A DNA stretch of 64,000 nt from Azolla caroliniana. Lineage: Eukaryota; Plantae; Polypodiophyta. The notes below the pieces were generated by a model. The model had not been told where the DNA came from. It worked only from the letters and a program-made list of their open reading frames with translations, and did no database searches. Position 1 is the stretch's first letter; every line of letters begins with the position of its first letter. Location: the NCBI GenBank assembly GCA_043228905.1, contig JBHGNT010000005.1, forward strand, positions 1,860,001 through 1,924,000, read 5' to 3'. Made by a program: the position numbers and the translations under genes. Shown piece by piece: positions 37,276-50,302 of the stretch.

Positions 37276-40029
37276 TCATAAATGCAATGTAGATTTGAAC
37301 ATTTGCCTTCCAAGCTTGACATTACCCCAATTGTAACACGCACCCATTAGACTTCGGCACGTGACAGAATTCTGAACCAAAGACAACATTTGACATATCA
37401 ACATCGCTTCCTCTAAATGACCAGCTCGACCGAGAAGATCGAGAATGCAAGAATAATGTTTCCGTGTTGGCAATATTCCATAGTCACTGCTCATGACACC
37501 AACATACATATTACTTAGATAAACAAGACTTCCATGACTACATGCATTTAGAAGGCCAAGGAAAGTGACATCATCTGGACTGAAGCCTTGGACTTGCATT
37601 TCTTCGAAACACTTAACTGCATCTTGGCCTCGTTCACATTTGGCATGACCCATGATAAGCACATTCCATAACAAGGTATTCCGAGTTGGAAGCCAGTCAA
37701 ACACTTGCCGTGCTTTCTCAATCCATCCACTTTTTATGTACATGTTAATCAATGCATTCGCCACTCCGAGATGGGTTTCCAGAAACCCTCTCTTCACAAC
37801 CTCACCATGTATTTCATCTCCTTTTGCTATGGCTACAACATCACCACAAGCTTTCAAGGCATAAATGAACGTAACAGCATTTGGGGCAATACCCTCATGT
37901 TGCATATGTTCATAACATGAAATTGCATCATTACTACATTTTTCTTTGACGTAGCCGGCCATCAAGGAAGTCCATGAGACCACATCTTGAAGCCTAAGAT
38001 TTTCGAATACTTCTTGTGCCATCTGTGGTAAACCACACTTTCCATACATGTCTATTAATGCATTACTAACCACGGTTTTTGTTTCTTGGAACCCTCTTCT
38101 AGAAATCTCTGTATGAAAATCAGCAGCAATGTTAGAATACTCGAGAATAGCACATGCTTTTAAGCAATAGATAAAGGTCACGTGATCTGGCATGAAACCC
38201 TTTCGTTGCATCAAGTGGAAACATTCTAATGCATCCTTCCCGTGTTCATGTTTGGCATATCCCACAAGCAATGCATTCCAAGAGGATTTACTTAAAGTTG
38301 GAACCTTTTCGAACACTTCTTTCGATTTCAGAAGTTCTCCCAATTTCGAATACATATTGATTAAAGCATCACCAATGACAAAATCCTTTTGAAACAACCC
38401 ATTTCCAACAATTTCAGCATGCATAATACTGCCCTTGTATGTGTCCCCAACGTCACTGCAAGCTTTCAAGCCACAGAGAAATGTGGCAGCATTTGGGAGA
38501 GTTCCCTCTACTTGCATTCTTTTGAATAATATCGATGTTTCTATGCTCTGTTCTTGTTCACTATATGCCGACATAATAGTAGTCCATGATACCACATCTC
38601 GCTCTTGAACATTCTCAAACACTTCCCGTGCTTCAATAAGGGAATCACATTTACCGTACATATCAATTAACGCATTCTCTACAGCAACATCCCTGCCCAA
38701 GTAACCAAATTTCACAATTGTTATGTGTATCTCTTGACCCTTTGATGCAGAATTGATGTTAATGCAAGCTTTCAAACCACTTATGCATGTGATAGCATCT
38801 GGTGATACCCCCTCCATATGCATCTCGTCAAAGCAATTCAATGCTTCCTTGGCTACACCTTGGTTGACAAACCCTGCAATCAACGCATTCCATGATATTA
38901 CATCTCGGGATGGAAGCTTGTCAAATACCTCCAATGCTATTGCAAGTAAACCACATCTCGCATACATGTCTACTAGGGTGTTTCCCATTGCAGAATCTCC
39001 TTGTATCAAACCCCTCCTAAGAATCTCTTCATGGAGTTTCATGCCCTTATCTATGGCCTCAATGTTGGCACAAGCTTTCAAACTACAAAGAAATGTTGCA
39101 ACATTCGGAGTAACACCCTCAAGTTCCATGAGCTGTAAGCATTGAAGTGCTTCTTCACAACGATCATGTAATATATATCCCGAAATAAGGGCTGTCCATG
39201 AGATTATGTCTCGGGCCACAAGGTTATCAAACACCCTGTGTGCTTTTGCAAGAGACCCACATTTAACATACATTTCTATCAGAGCACTATGAAGAAAACA
39301 ATTTCTTTCCAACATCCCATTTCTCACAATCTGAACATGTATATCTTTGCCCACATCGATATTTTTGGTCATCCCACATGCTTTCAAGCCATAAACGAAT
39401 GTAATAGCATTCCGAGGGTATTGCATCTGTTTGAAATAATACAATGCATTGTCACCTTGTTCACATCTATTATACCCACCAATCAATGTGTTCCATACGA
39501 CTGTATTCCGGAATGGAAGCATTTCAAATACATATTGTGCTTCAACGAGTAAACCACGTTTGGCATACATATGTACCAAGTTACTTCCCACATAAAGATC
39601 TCTTCCAAGTAATCCCTTCTTATCGATCTCGATATGTATACGGTAACTCACTTCCAAATCATCTAACTCGCCAAGGACCCTCAACAGAGCAACAAATGTA
39701 TATCCATTCGGAATAAAGGCATCATCCAACATCCTGTGGTAAAGGATGAGAGCATGGTGGGGGTTCCCACATTCCGAATAGGCTTTGATAAGAGAATTCC
39801 AAGTACAAAGAGTTCTATGCGGGAGAACATCAAAAACCTTCTTTGCATCATCAATAAATCGAGCTTCAGCAAGCATTGACACGAGGTGATTGCCTATCCA
39901 GGAATGTGATTCGAACCCTTGTCCACACATGTAACCAAACAAACGGAATGCATAATATGGCTGGGTTCGATTCTTTCTACACCACTGTAAAAGCGATTCG
40001 AGGCCATCAATCGAAAGTCGAGGAAGCAT
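37276..40029 (-). CDS. PLS-class pentatricopeptide repeat protein, intronless, truncated E extension, no DYW domain (917 aa)
   Basis: Repeated P-L-S triplets (RDVISWNALIAG, LKAC, NALIDMYGKCG). Ends with HYSCILDLLGRAGHLEEA and an E1-like LMGACYNWGNVKLG, then stops. Confidence 0.92.
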   Translation of the reverse strand: MLPRLSIDGLESLLQWCRKNRTQPYYAFRLFGYMCGQGFESHSWIGNHLVSMLAEARFIDDAKKVFDVLPHRTLCTWNSLIKAYSECGNPHHALILYHRMLDDAFIPNGYTFVALLRVLGELDDLEVSYRIHIEIDKKGLLGRDLYVGSNLVHMYAKRGLLVEAQYVFEMLPFRNTVVWNTLIGGYNRCEQGDNALYYFKQMQYPRNAITFVYGLKACGMTKNIDVGKDIHVQIVRNGMLERNCFLHSALIEMYVKCGSLAKAHRVFDNLVARDIISWTALISGYILHDRCEEALQCLQLMELEGVTPNVATFLCSLKACANIEAIDKGMKLHEEILRRGLIQGDSAMGNTLVDMYARCGLLAIALEVFDKLPSRDVISWNALIAGFVNQGVAKEALNCFDEMHMEGVSPDAITCISGLKACININSASKGQEIHITIVKFGYLGRDVAVENALIDMYGKCDSLIEAREVFENVQERDVVSWTTIMSAYSEQEQSIETSILFKRMQVEGTLPNAATFLCGLKACSDVGDTYKGSIMHAEIVGNGLFQKDFVIGDALINMYSKLGELLKSKEVFEKVPTLSKSSWNALLVGYAKHEHGKDALECFHLMQRKGFMPDHVTFIYCLKACAILEYSNIAADFHTEISRRGFQETKTVVSNALIDMYGKCGLPQMAQEVFENLRLQDVVSWTSLMAGYVKEKCSNDAISCYEHMQHEGIAPNAVTFIYALKACGDVVAIAKGDEIHGEVVKRGFLETHLGVANALINMYIKSGWIEKARQVFDWLPTRNTLLWNVLIMGHAKCERGQDAVKCFEEMQVQGFSPDDVTFLGLLNACSHGSLVYLSNMYVGVMSSDYGILPTRKHYSCILDLLGRAGHLEEAMLICQMLSLVQNSVTCRSLMGACYNWGNVKLGRQMFKSTLHL

Positions 40030-40724
40030 CTCTTCTTCACGCAGGGATATGAATAAATTGCATTGCGGTTACACGATTCAGGGAGGAGGTCGAGTAACCG
40101 GGCTGAGCAATCCAGCAAGTCATTATAATGCTTGCCTGGATGTGCAGAGTTGTTTGTGCTGTGCATCATAGCTCTTCCAAGCAGTTGCAGTTACGGAGCT
40201 GATTGATCTAAAGCATACATCGCATACATCATAGCTTTTGTAGTGTAAATGCAGAAAGAGTTTGAAGGGCTCCTTTTTGTTCTTAGGGAGAGTGTTGTTG
40301 TGTAAAGGCTGAGTTGAGTGATTTGCCCCTTGGGGATATTTTGCTTTTCTTCTTCTTCTTCTTCTTCTTCTTCTTCTTCTTTTGTGGGAGCTTTGCTTGC
40401 ATTGGGGCAAAAGAGCTCACCATTCCATGTTTGAATTGAAATTCCTCCACTAATCAATATCTACCCACCATTCAACATTCATTCCATCTATGTTTCCCTA
40501 TTTTTTTGTTGGTGTAGGCAAAGGCTCACGAGGCAAGGGCAACCACCCCATATGAGAAAGCCTTCCTTGCCAATAACCCTCAACGCTAGTTAGTTAGTTA
40601 TACACGGGTCGTGTGTCTACACGATTGATTGGTAATGAGAGAGTATCATGCTTTTTCTTGTACGTGTAACGCTTCAACAACACGAGCTAAGAATAATTGT
40701 CGTGGACCGAGAAACTTAGAAAAT

Positions 40725-40748
40725 GGGGGGGGGGGGGGGGGGAGGGGG
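40725..40748 (+). repeat. Poly-G tract (G18 A G5)
   Basis: Directly visible, between the divergent PPR and mtHSP70 genes. Confidence 0.9.
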
Positions 40749-41469
40749 ATCCGATGAATGTGTGTGCCATTTATACAAATTAAACACGACCAGAAAAGAG
40801 GTTCATCGGGGGAGCCGAGATGGATGGATGGATGGATGGAAGAAGATGATGATTAATGGACGATGGTTGATGGTTGATGGTTGATGATGATGAAGGGACA
40901 TGGGATGATGGAATGATACACATATACATACACACACATGCATACATACATATACATATCACATGCATATATCACTCATGCATGCATACATACATTATTC
41001 GTACATAATATACTCGAATGCATTGCCAAACATAACGAATACGTATGTTATCAAAACATTCTTATGTTTCTTACATTAAATTTATTTATTTATAACCTTA
41101 TAATAAGTAATGAATACAAAAGTATGGTATTTACCATACTTCGTCGAGGGTGTTTAACATACTCGAAGGATTGAAGCATTCTCGAATGGGAAATGCACGT
41201 ATGGTTCATACTATGCTTGAAGTGATATGTACATATATATATATGCATACTGATACAGCAATGGGGGAATGAAGGAATGAATGAATGAATGAATGAATGG
41301 GAAGCCTCCTCTGCGCCTGCCCCTGCCCCTGCCCCTGCTGCTGTGTCTGAGAGAAGGAGAGAGAGAGAGAGACCTCCATCCATTTCCATTTTGTTTTTTG
41401 CATATTTAGGGTTTGTCTCTGTTCTGGGTTTTTGAGAGCCACTCCCTCTCTCCACGTATTGCCATTGCC

Positions 41470-44400
41470 ATGGCTGCGCGATTCCTCCGACGTTCTCTTC
41501 TCCGCCACGCCACAACCTCCCCTTCCCGTCCTCTCCCGTGCCCTACCTCCGCCCCCTCTCGCCGCCTCTTCAACTCCAAAGCCTCGGCATCTGACATCAT
41601 CGGGATCGATCTCGGCACCACCAACTCCTGCGTCGCTGTCATGGAAGGAAAGGTATGTTGTATCATCAATACAATCCCAAAATTTGTTCAACGATTGTGC
41701 CAAAACATGTAGCTGTGTTTGCACTCCCTGTGATTATTTTCCAGTGTTTGTGCTGAATTATGTATGTATGTACATTCTTTGTGTCTCATCTGTGTGTGTG
41801 TGTGTGTGTGTGTGTTCCAGACTGCCCGAGTTATCGAGAATTCTGAAGGTGCCCGGACAACGCCTTCCGTTGTCGCCTTCACCACCAAAGGTGAGCGCCT
41901 CGTGGGCACGCCCGCCAAGAGGCAAGCCGTGACCAACCCCACCAACACCGTGTACGGTGCCAAGAGGCTTATAGGCCGTAACTTTGATGACCCGCAGGTC
42001 ACCAAGGAGATGAAGATGGTGTCGTACAAGATTGTGCGAGGTGCCAACGGAGATGCGTGGGTTGAGGCCGGTGGCCAGCAATACTCGCCTAGCCAGATTG
42101 GTGCCTTTGTCCTGACGAAGATGAAAGAGACGGCCGAGTCTTACCTTGGAAGGCCTGTGTCCAAGGCGGTCATCACTGTCCCAGCTTACTTCAACGATGC
42201 ACAACGCCAGGCCACAAAGGATGCTGGGCGAATTGCTGGGCTTGAGGTTGCGAGGATTATAAATGAACCTACTGCAGCCTCCCTCTCGTATGGTGCCGAT
42301 AAGAAGGAAGGAGTGATTGCAGTCTTTGATCTTGGCGGTGGGACTTTTGATGTATCTATTCTTGAAATCTCTGGTGGTGTGTTTGAGGTATGCTTCAAAA
42401 ATTTCTTGGTTTTCATCTAATTTGTTCTCTCCTCCGTCACCCTTAATGTTAGTATGATTTGCAAGTAATTGCGTTTTGTTCTTTGCATAGCATAATACCA
42501 TATGCAGCATATCTGATGCTCATTTCAAGGGCCTTTCTGCAAAACATTACAACAGTCTGAGATTCTAGTCTGTTTTTGTTGTTAGGCGGATGCCGGTTAA
42601 CTTCTCTGGTTCCTATGTATTCAGTTGCTGACATGAAAAAATATTCTTTGTCTTGTTTTCATATTCTCTCTAGTGTAGTTGATTATCGGTCTCATATTTG
42701 GAGCTGCTGTGGTTGATTTCTGTTGACTAAATATTCAAAGTGAAAATCACAAGAGTTAGTGGAAAATCTTGGTGACTGTTTTCAAACTGCTAATATTGAT
42801 TAATGCATAGTTATATACATAGGTAAGAAGATGCTATGTGAAACGTAATGTGGAAGTCACTATTCCATGTAATCTCCAACTCGCCTGTGTAAAGGGCTGA
42901 GTGAACATCTTATTATGCTGTGCTGCTGCAATGCAACCTATATTCAAGAATATTGATTTCAATTAGGTATGCTCAGTAGAGATGCCATACCAATGAGTCC
43001 ATGCTATGGTGAATTGGTTAATAAAATCTATACTCAATGATGAGCATTTATTGGATGGTGTAGATTCAGACATGGACTTATATTTATCAAGATATAACAT
43101 AAGTATAAGTTCCTATAACATTGCTGTTTTTCAGAGATGTTATCCTGCCAGAAAGCATTTGAATTTAATACTGCAGAAAGTTTCTGGATCAAAAATCAGC
43201 TGAACATCTTAGGATATTGAGTTTTCCATTTAAAAGTTTGTGGGGTCGATGCAATTAAGATGATTGTAGCTATTAGTCTTAAAAAGTGATTCCATCTTTT
43301 GAATACTCATTGTGCAGGTCAAAGCCACAAATGGTGATACCTTCCTTGGTGGTGAAGACTTTGACAATGCTCTGCTTCAGTATCTTGTTCAGGAGTTCAA
43401 GAAGGATCAGGGTCTTGATCTGTCAAGTGACAGAATGGCTATTCAAAGGCTTCGTGAAGCTGCTGAGAAAGCAAAGGTAGAATTGTCTTCTTCAACACAA
43501 ACCGATATCAACCTGCCCTTTATAACAGCTGATGCTTCCGGAGCGAAGCATTTGAACATCACCTTAACACGTTCCAAGTTTGAGTCTCTTGTCAATGATC
43601 TTATCGAAAGAACCAAGCAACCTTGCAAGGATTGTTTGAAAGACGCTGGGATCTCAGCAAGGGATGTGCATGAGGTCTTATTAGTTGGAGGAATGACCCG
43701 AATGCCCAAAGTTCAGGGGACAGTATCTCAGATATTTGGCAAAGAGCCGAGCAAAGGTGTGAACCCTGATGAATGTGTGGCCATGGGGGCAGCCATTCAG
43801 GGTGGAGTATTGCGCGGCGATGTGAAGGACCTGCTGCTATTGGATGTTACTCCTCTTTCTCTAGGAATCGAAACCCTTGGAGGGGTGTTCACGCGGTTGA
43901 TATCAAGGAATACAACTATTCCTACGAAGAAGAGTCAAGTGTTCTCAACTGCAGCTGATAGCCAGACACAAGTGGGTATTAAGGTTCTCCAAGGTGAACG
44001 TGAAATGGCATCAGATAACAAATTGCTCGGGCAGTTTGAACTTGTGGGAATCCCTCCGGCTCCTCGTGGTGTGCCTCAAATTGAGGTCACGTTTGATATT
44101 GATGCCAATGGAATTGTCAATGTATCTGCAAAGGACAAGGCCACAGGAAAAGAGCAGCAAATCACCATTCAATCGTCTGGTGGTTTGTCAGAATCTGATA
44201 TTGAAAAGATGGTGAAGGATGCTGAGCTATATGCACAAAAAGACAAGGAGAAGAAGAATCTAATTGATGCTCGGAATGAGGCCGACAGTACAATATATTC
44301 TACCGAGAAAAGTCTGAATGAATACAAGGACAAGTTGCAGTCGGATACAATTGAAGGAATTCAATCAGCAATTAGGGATCTTAGGGAAGTTATGGATTCA

Positions 44401-44553
44401 GAAGATGCTGATGCCATCAAGCAAAAGGTCAGTGCTGTACAAACAGCTGCTATGAAGATTGGTGAGACTCTGTCCAAACAGACTGGAGGAGCTTCTTCTG
44501 AAAGTGGTGAACAGGCCACTGAAGCAGAATATGAAGATGTGTCAAAGAAGTGA
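41470..44553 (+). CDS. mtHSC70: Mitochondrial HSP70; exons 41470-41652, 41821-42387, 43318-44553 (~661 aa)
   Basis: Arg/Ser-rich presequence [13 protein letters not shown]. Motifs [46 protein letters not shown] and C-terminal EAEYEDV. Telo-box TTAGGGTTT near 41406. Confidence 0.97.
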
Positions 44554-46490
44554 GGATGCTGCTTAAAAATGTAATTGCTAGATTTTCGTGTTAGGTGTTA
44601 TGGCTGACGTAGATAATGACATGTTAAATATAAGCTGTATAGGTTACTGAAGATTTGGTGCCGTAGTTACCTTTTGCATCGTTTGGCAGATTGACATTTG
44701 TCAATGAAGAGTTCTATGTTTTATAAACTAAAGAGGATTCCAAATAATAGGGAATGGAATGTCGTCGATCAATGATAAATGAAAATGGTTAATTCTGTTG
44801 CAATACCCATACCACACAAAGAGTTAATTCACTTAAAGATTAAATGTGGCAATGCTTCAAAGTGGTGAGGTTGTATTTCTGCTGACCTTCATTTACCTAC
44901 TGAAAGTCTGCTATTAGATAATAACTTGTACTATTTAGATTTTGTCCAGTTTTATTAGTTCTCTATTTTTTCTTTGCTACTTATAATGAAGTTCTCTCTC
45001 TCTCTCATTACACAACACACGCCCATGCCCGTGCTGAAAGAAGAAGAAGATGGATGGATCATGCATTGTCCAATTGAGTCTTTTTAAAGATAGTAGAAAG
45101 CTTCAAATAGTTTTACCTCATTGACGTATTCTGCAGTCACAGATGGAAATGAATGAGGTGTCATGATTTCTTCTTTCTTGGATAAATTAAGGGTAGCATA
45201 TTTGTGAAGAGTTGGAAATGTTCGAAAACAGCTCCCTGTGAAATCTCTAGTCAAGTTGCAGATTAGTTTGTGGTGACGGAGAGAGTTGTTGAGCACATAA
45301 TATTGTAAAGAAACAAACCCACATCCTCTTAGAAGTGCATCAGAAGGAAGTAAAAATGTTCAAAACATATGCAAGTAAAATATTTTCTGGATGGATTTAA
45401 CATATTCAAAACATCACTAGAGGCTTTATTAAAGGTGATGACATGTATATTTTTGTACCATCAACATGATTGTGGATGATTTTGGCACCATTTATATAGT
45501 CTTCAGGATATTGAATACATATATTAAAATCTTCCATATTATATAGGTTGGAATCTGGTGCTATCAAGATACTATATCTACATACACATCATTATTTTCA
45601 ATGCGCGTCTCTAAGATAGCAATAATTTTGGACAAACTATTTCATTAATTTATTATTACATTTATGGCTCATGATGTATTGATTTGTGAATAGCATAATT
45701 ACAAACATAACCAGATTCTTGGACAGGTGAATGTGAAACTAGACTACTAGACTACTAGTGCGTCACACAATTTCTTTATTACTTCAACCATCAATCATTA
45801 AATATAAAATAAATGACCCTATGTTGACATATAGGCATGTTTTCACATTACAGATCCCACATTACAATGAATTGCTATATACCTCCAAATAACTCAAAAA
45901 ACAAATTTTTAAATTGAAATATAAACAGCTCAGTTCATCAAATGACCGAAGAAAACAAATCTGGAAACAATGGGGAATCAAGAATATCATGACACAAAAT
46001 ATTACATCCAGAAAAAGGATCAAAATGAGGATATGGAAAGTCAAAGGTCCAAGAAACGTCTTGTGATTTTCATTAGCATCTGCACATTAGTGAGGGTCTT
46101 TATTTCCTCTTTTACAAGAAAGAAAAAAGAAAAATAGCAAATGAGATTTCAATTGAAACTTCATAATAATGGTAAACATCATCAGCCAAGAACAGGAGAA
46201 AAATGTAGATACATGATTGATTTCCCCTGTTGTGTTGGCTTTCATATATCTCACCAATTGGTATAGAACAAATTCGTCAGTGTCTTGTGTGGTGTAATAA
46301 TAATGCCTATGAAGAATATGTCGCAATTATGGATACGTGATGTTTCAAAACCCTTGTGACTTTGATATCCATCGTAATTTGTTAACGAAGAAAAGCTCAC
46401 GTTAACATGAATAATAAATTAGGAAGTTGAAAAGTAAGATCGACAGATTCAAATCATTGTTATAATTGGCCCAGAAATGTATAGACAATT

Positions 46491-46695
46491 GAAGAGACAG
46501 GCTTTGGAATCTGGATGAGCTAGACAAGAGATTCTAGATTACATATAGATTAAGTTACGGCTTGTAGAAACATATTTTTTTAAGCAGTATGAAGTAGTCC
46601 GACATATGAAGAGACATGCTTTGGATGAGCTAGACGAGAGATTCTAGATTACATATAGATTAAGTTACAGCTTGCAGAAACATAATCTTTTAAGC
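46491..46695. repeat. Imperfect direct duplication, ~90 bp x 2
   Basis: GAAGAGACA.GCTTTGG..TGAGCTAGAC.AGAGATTCTAGATTACATATAGATTAAGTTAC.GCTTG.AGAAACATA at 46491 and 46608. Confidence 0.88.
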
Positions 46696-47717
46696 GCATT
46701 GGTCAACTATACCACCTTATGTTGAAAGGTATATAAATATGTTTTCATGTCCAAAAGCAAGAACTATTGTAACAATGCATGCTGATGATACCTAGGAGAG
46801 AATGGAAGGATTGTGGAATATTGGGGTCAAGAAGACTGAAGTGATATAACAGCGAGTCTTACTATGAAAAGATAATCTTATTACGACAACATTAGACATG
46901 TGTCTTATTGGTATAGATGTACTTCACCTACTTGGAGCATATGCACTGGATAACGAAGATCTCTAGTTGCATACCGTAATTGTGATATCCAACACCATAG
47001 TCTCATTACTTTACACCCACGTGAAGATTCCATTAAGGTGCTCCCAATGAAATAAGTGTTTGCTTTGCCAATAGTGAAGGTAAAAGCTATTTAAGAAACA
47101 AGCTTGGTCATATATTGAAAAGTAGAGTATTTAAGCTTTGATACTTAGCCATGATGACGAAAACTAGTGAACTTTTTCATATGTTATTTCTAGTATCAGT
47201 CATAAAGGGTCATCTAAAGTTGCAGATTCACTCCCAACTTGAAATTTGCCCATGTTGCATTATTTGCTTGTAGGTATCTGAATTCATATTTTACTGTCTA
47301 TCTTTCTTACTACGACACAATTTGCATATACTTTGCTGAAGTTTATATCTATCCATCGTGATTCGCACCCACGGCTATGGCCAAGTTTTGTAAAAACATT
47401 TCATAACCTAACAAGGATGCAAAGCAATATGAACAAGTAATGTGGACAAGAAGGCATTGCATCTTCTTTTTTTACTTTTCAAATGTTATGACCTCAATAA
47501 GGTCATATATCTTCACATAAAGTAATGCAACATGTACTTCAGGTAGTACAAGCATAATAACAGAAAGAAACTTGGCTGCGATCGATAAGCTAGATGCATT
47601 TTTCTAACCAAATGAGCCTTTTGGTATACAATCCAAGATATAGGACTCAATCCAAAGAAAACAGAAAAAAAGAGGGTTCCTACGAGGAAGGTTTTTGAGC
47701 TATATTCCTCTTCCGAA

Positions 47718-49139
47718 CTAAGCATAGCCTCGCTTAATGTAATCCCGATTCTTTCTCACATTACGGAAAGCGCAACACCCGACGGAATAAACAACGATGA
47801 GGAAGACGAGGACCACGATGTTCACTTCAGCGACTCGCCTCCAATCCTTGTTAATGTTTTGTAGGACTCCAGCTTTGCAGGAGTTGCAACCAAAGCACAA
47901 GATGGTGTCATCGGTGTCATAAGTTGTGCAATCGTCGTCGCGCGATGGGGTTGTGCAGTTGTTCCAATACGTCGAATTCACAAATGAGCATCCACATGCT
48001 ACCGGAGGTTTGCAGCATCCACCCTACATTACATTTTTAGACATGAAAATTAGCACTATATTTACATAACAACCCACACACCCACATATTAATCAAAGAA
48101 TGCAATGTAACATCAACCTAATTTACCCATAAATAGCTACAGCTAATGCTTCAATGCAAAAAGAAAAAACTATCATAGACATGAATGCAACAGTTTCCAG
48201 ATGAATATGATCATGCTTCTTCCAAGTTCACCACAGATGCGTGTGGGATGTTAAATTTCCACAAACAAAGATCAGCATTTGCCTAAAAAGAATAACAAGA
48301 CATCACATATGAATGTTTGATATGATCTTGTGGATATGTTCAATACATCTATGATCTTGTGGATATGTCCAATACATACATCTATGATCTTGTGAATATG
48401 TCCAATGCATCTATGATCTTGTGGATATGTCCAATACATCGATGATCTTATGGGTATGTCCAATACATCTATGATCTTGTGGATATGTCCAACCGATACA
48501 TCTATCTCTAATAAGCAGCCCACATGTATCCAATTAATGCATACATAATCATGCATGCATGCATCTTTATACCTGCTGTCATACATAGATTTCCATGAAT
48601 GCACATATCTGTGATCAAATTTGCTATGAAAAGGCGCATACCTGTACAGGAGTAAGCGTGGAATTATTCAAATCCGCTGCAGATGTATACTTATCCCTCA
48701 GTTTATCACAGAACTTAGCTTCAACAAGACAACTCTGGATCTTATTCCAATTAGAAGTCACATTCATCTGATGGCGAAGCCAAGTGGAATAATCACCTAA
48801 CTTATACTCCTTATAACCTTTGTCTTTCACAAAATCTCCAGCAGTTTTGTTAGTGACAACGAAGGCAAAAACCGTGAAAACAAAGAGGAGCAAAATCAGC
48901 AAAAACATGATGATTAAGTAGACCCAAAGAAGGCAGGAAACCCTAAAACAAGAACCCACGAATCCAACTAAAGATAAAAGTAGAATGAATGTTCCTAGGG
49001 CTATAATGGGTACTTGCAGAAATCTATAACAGTCTGTGTCATGGTGCTTGGCTAGCCATATCCCTGTTCCTATGATGGGGAGAGAGAGGAGGAATGCGAT
49101 GAAATTAAGGGTGCCCACAAGGCTGTTGCTCACTGCCAT
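47718..49139 (-). CDS. TET: Plant tetraspanin; exons 49139-48642 and 48023-47718 (~267 aa)
   Basis: Four TM segments, plant signature GCCKPP, motifs GYKEYKLGDYS.WL, CNSCKAGVL and GCCAFRN. A single intron lies before GCCKPP. Confidence 0.95.
48321..48504. repeat. Minisatellite, ~6 x 29 bp, in the tetraspanin intron
   Basis: Unit ATCTATGATCTTGTGGATATGTCCAATAC. Confidence 0.92.
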
Positions 49140-50228
49140 AGCTCTGAGAGCAGAGACTTAGTTCTTTGTTGGGAAGTAGAGATGGATGGAAGAAACAGAG
49201 CACAAGTAAAACAACAGAGTAAGAAAAGAATGAAGAGTTTTGAAGATGAAGTAGTGTGTTTGTGTGTATATGGAGAGAGAGAGAGAGAGAGACTTTACAT
49301 CTTCTTCTTCTGATTCTTTCATATTCATAGGGTGTGATTTTTGCAACGGTTATGTTTTGCTATATGTAGGTAGTAGATAGATAGAAGACATAAGAAGAAG
49401 AAGAAGAGGCTTCTTGTAATGCGAAGAATCATAGAACTCACGCCGAAGAGAAGCCGCCTATTATTTATTGCCCTTCCCCAAACACCCGATGAAAGATGCA
49501 CCCTTTGGACAGTGTCACCAGATTGTCTCTTTTAAGCTCTTCTGGATCGACTAGATCGTCTCTTTTAAGCTCTTTTGGTTCATACGATCGAAGACAACCT
49601 TACCACACTATACCTTTGAACCTAGGTGGAAGAAGACTGCATGCGTGTACCTATCACATTTCACATTTCATATTAATTTGAAGTCTTGGTAGAGTTACTA
49701 CTCTACGATTCATGATGCAATTAGTTATCTTGTTAGCCATCACATCCATGATTGCTCTTCTACTTACAACTTGTAGCTTCTATATAATCTTCTTGAACAA
49801 AATAACTTCATAACAAATAATGCATACTTTCCCTCGCATAATTATATTTCCATCCCTTTCTTACATTCCAACATGTAATAGTTGTAATTCTCCGTGGGAT
49901 CATCACAATTACAAATTTACAACATCATTAGAGCTTATGAGTATCAATGTGGACACTTGTCTACATAATTTTGCGCTAACAATTATCAACATATCGACAA
50001 CTTCTCATGCTCATATTGCACCTCATAATGATTAAAAAGTATTGCATCATATTTATGCTTACAACATATTATGTATATGCATAACCTTAGGAGCCAATTG
50101 TAAAACTAAATTGATGGATAGGACTGTTAGGAAACTAGTTAACCTAGGAACTAGGACTAACCCAGATGGACCTATGATATGTGGGGACACATACTCGTAT
50201 GGGAGCCTTAGGTGTTGAGCTATATGAA

Positions 50229-50302
50229 GATAAGGGGACTAGTTATTCCCCCTTCAATATGACATTTTTAGACATTGTTGAGACTCTATTGGTGAGGCCA
50301 AG
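50229..50302 (+). repeat. Dispersed repeat fragment, copy 2 (copy 1 at 36498-36568)
   Basis: Aligns by eye to 36498-36568. Confidence 0.75.

Noticed and set aside
41206-42510. Antisense ORFs of 119-250 aa over HSP70
   Set aside because: Long antisense frames are a known by-product of HSP70 codon usage.
42388-43317. Possible intronic snoRNAs in HSP70 intron 2 (ATGATGA near 43036)
   Set aside because: No suitably spaced D box, terminal stem or rRNA-antisense guide found by eye.
8359-44553. Functional cluster of organellar genes (maturase, PPR, mtHSP70, ZEP)
   Set aside because: They are interspersed with unrelated genes, and organelle-targeted genes are common enough for chance co-location.
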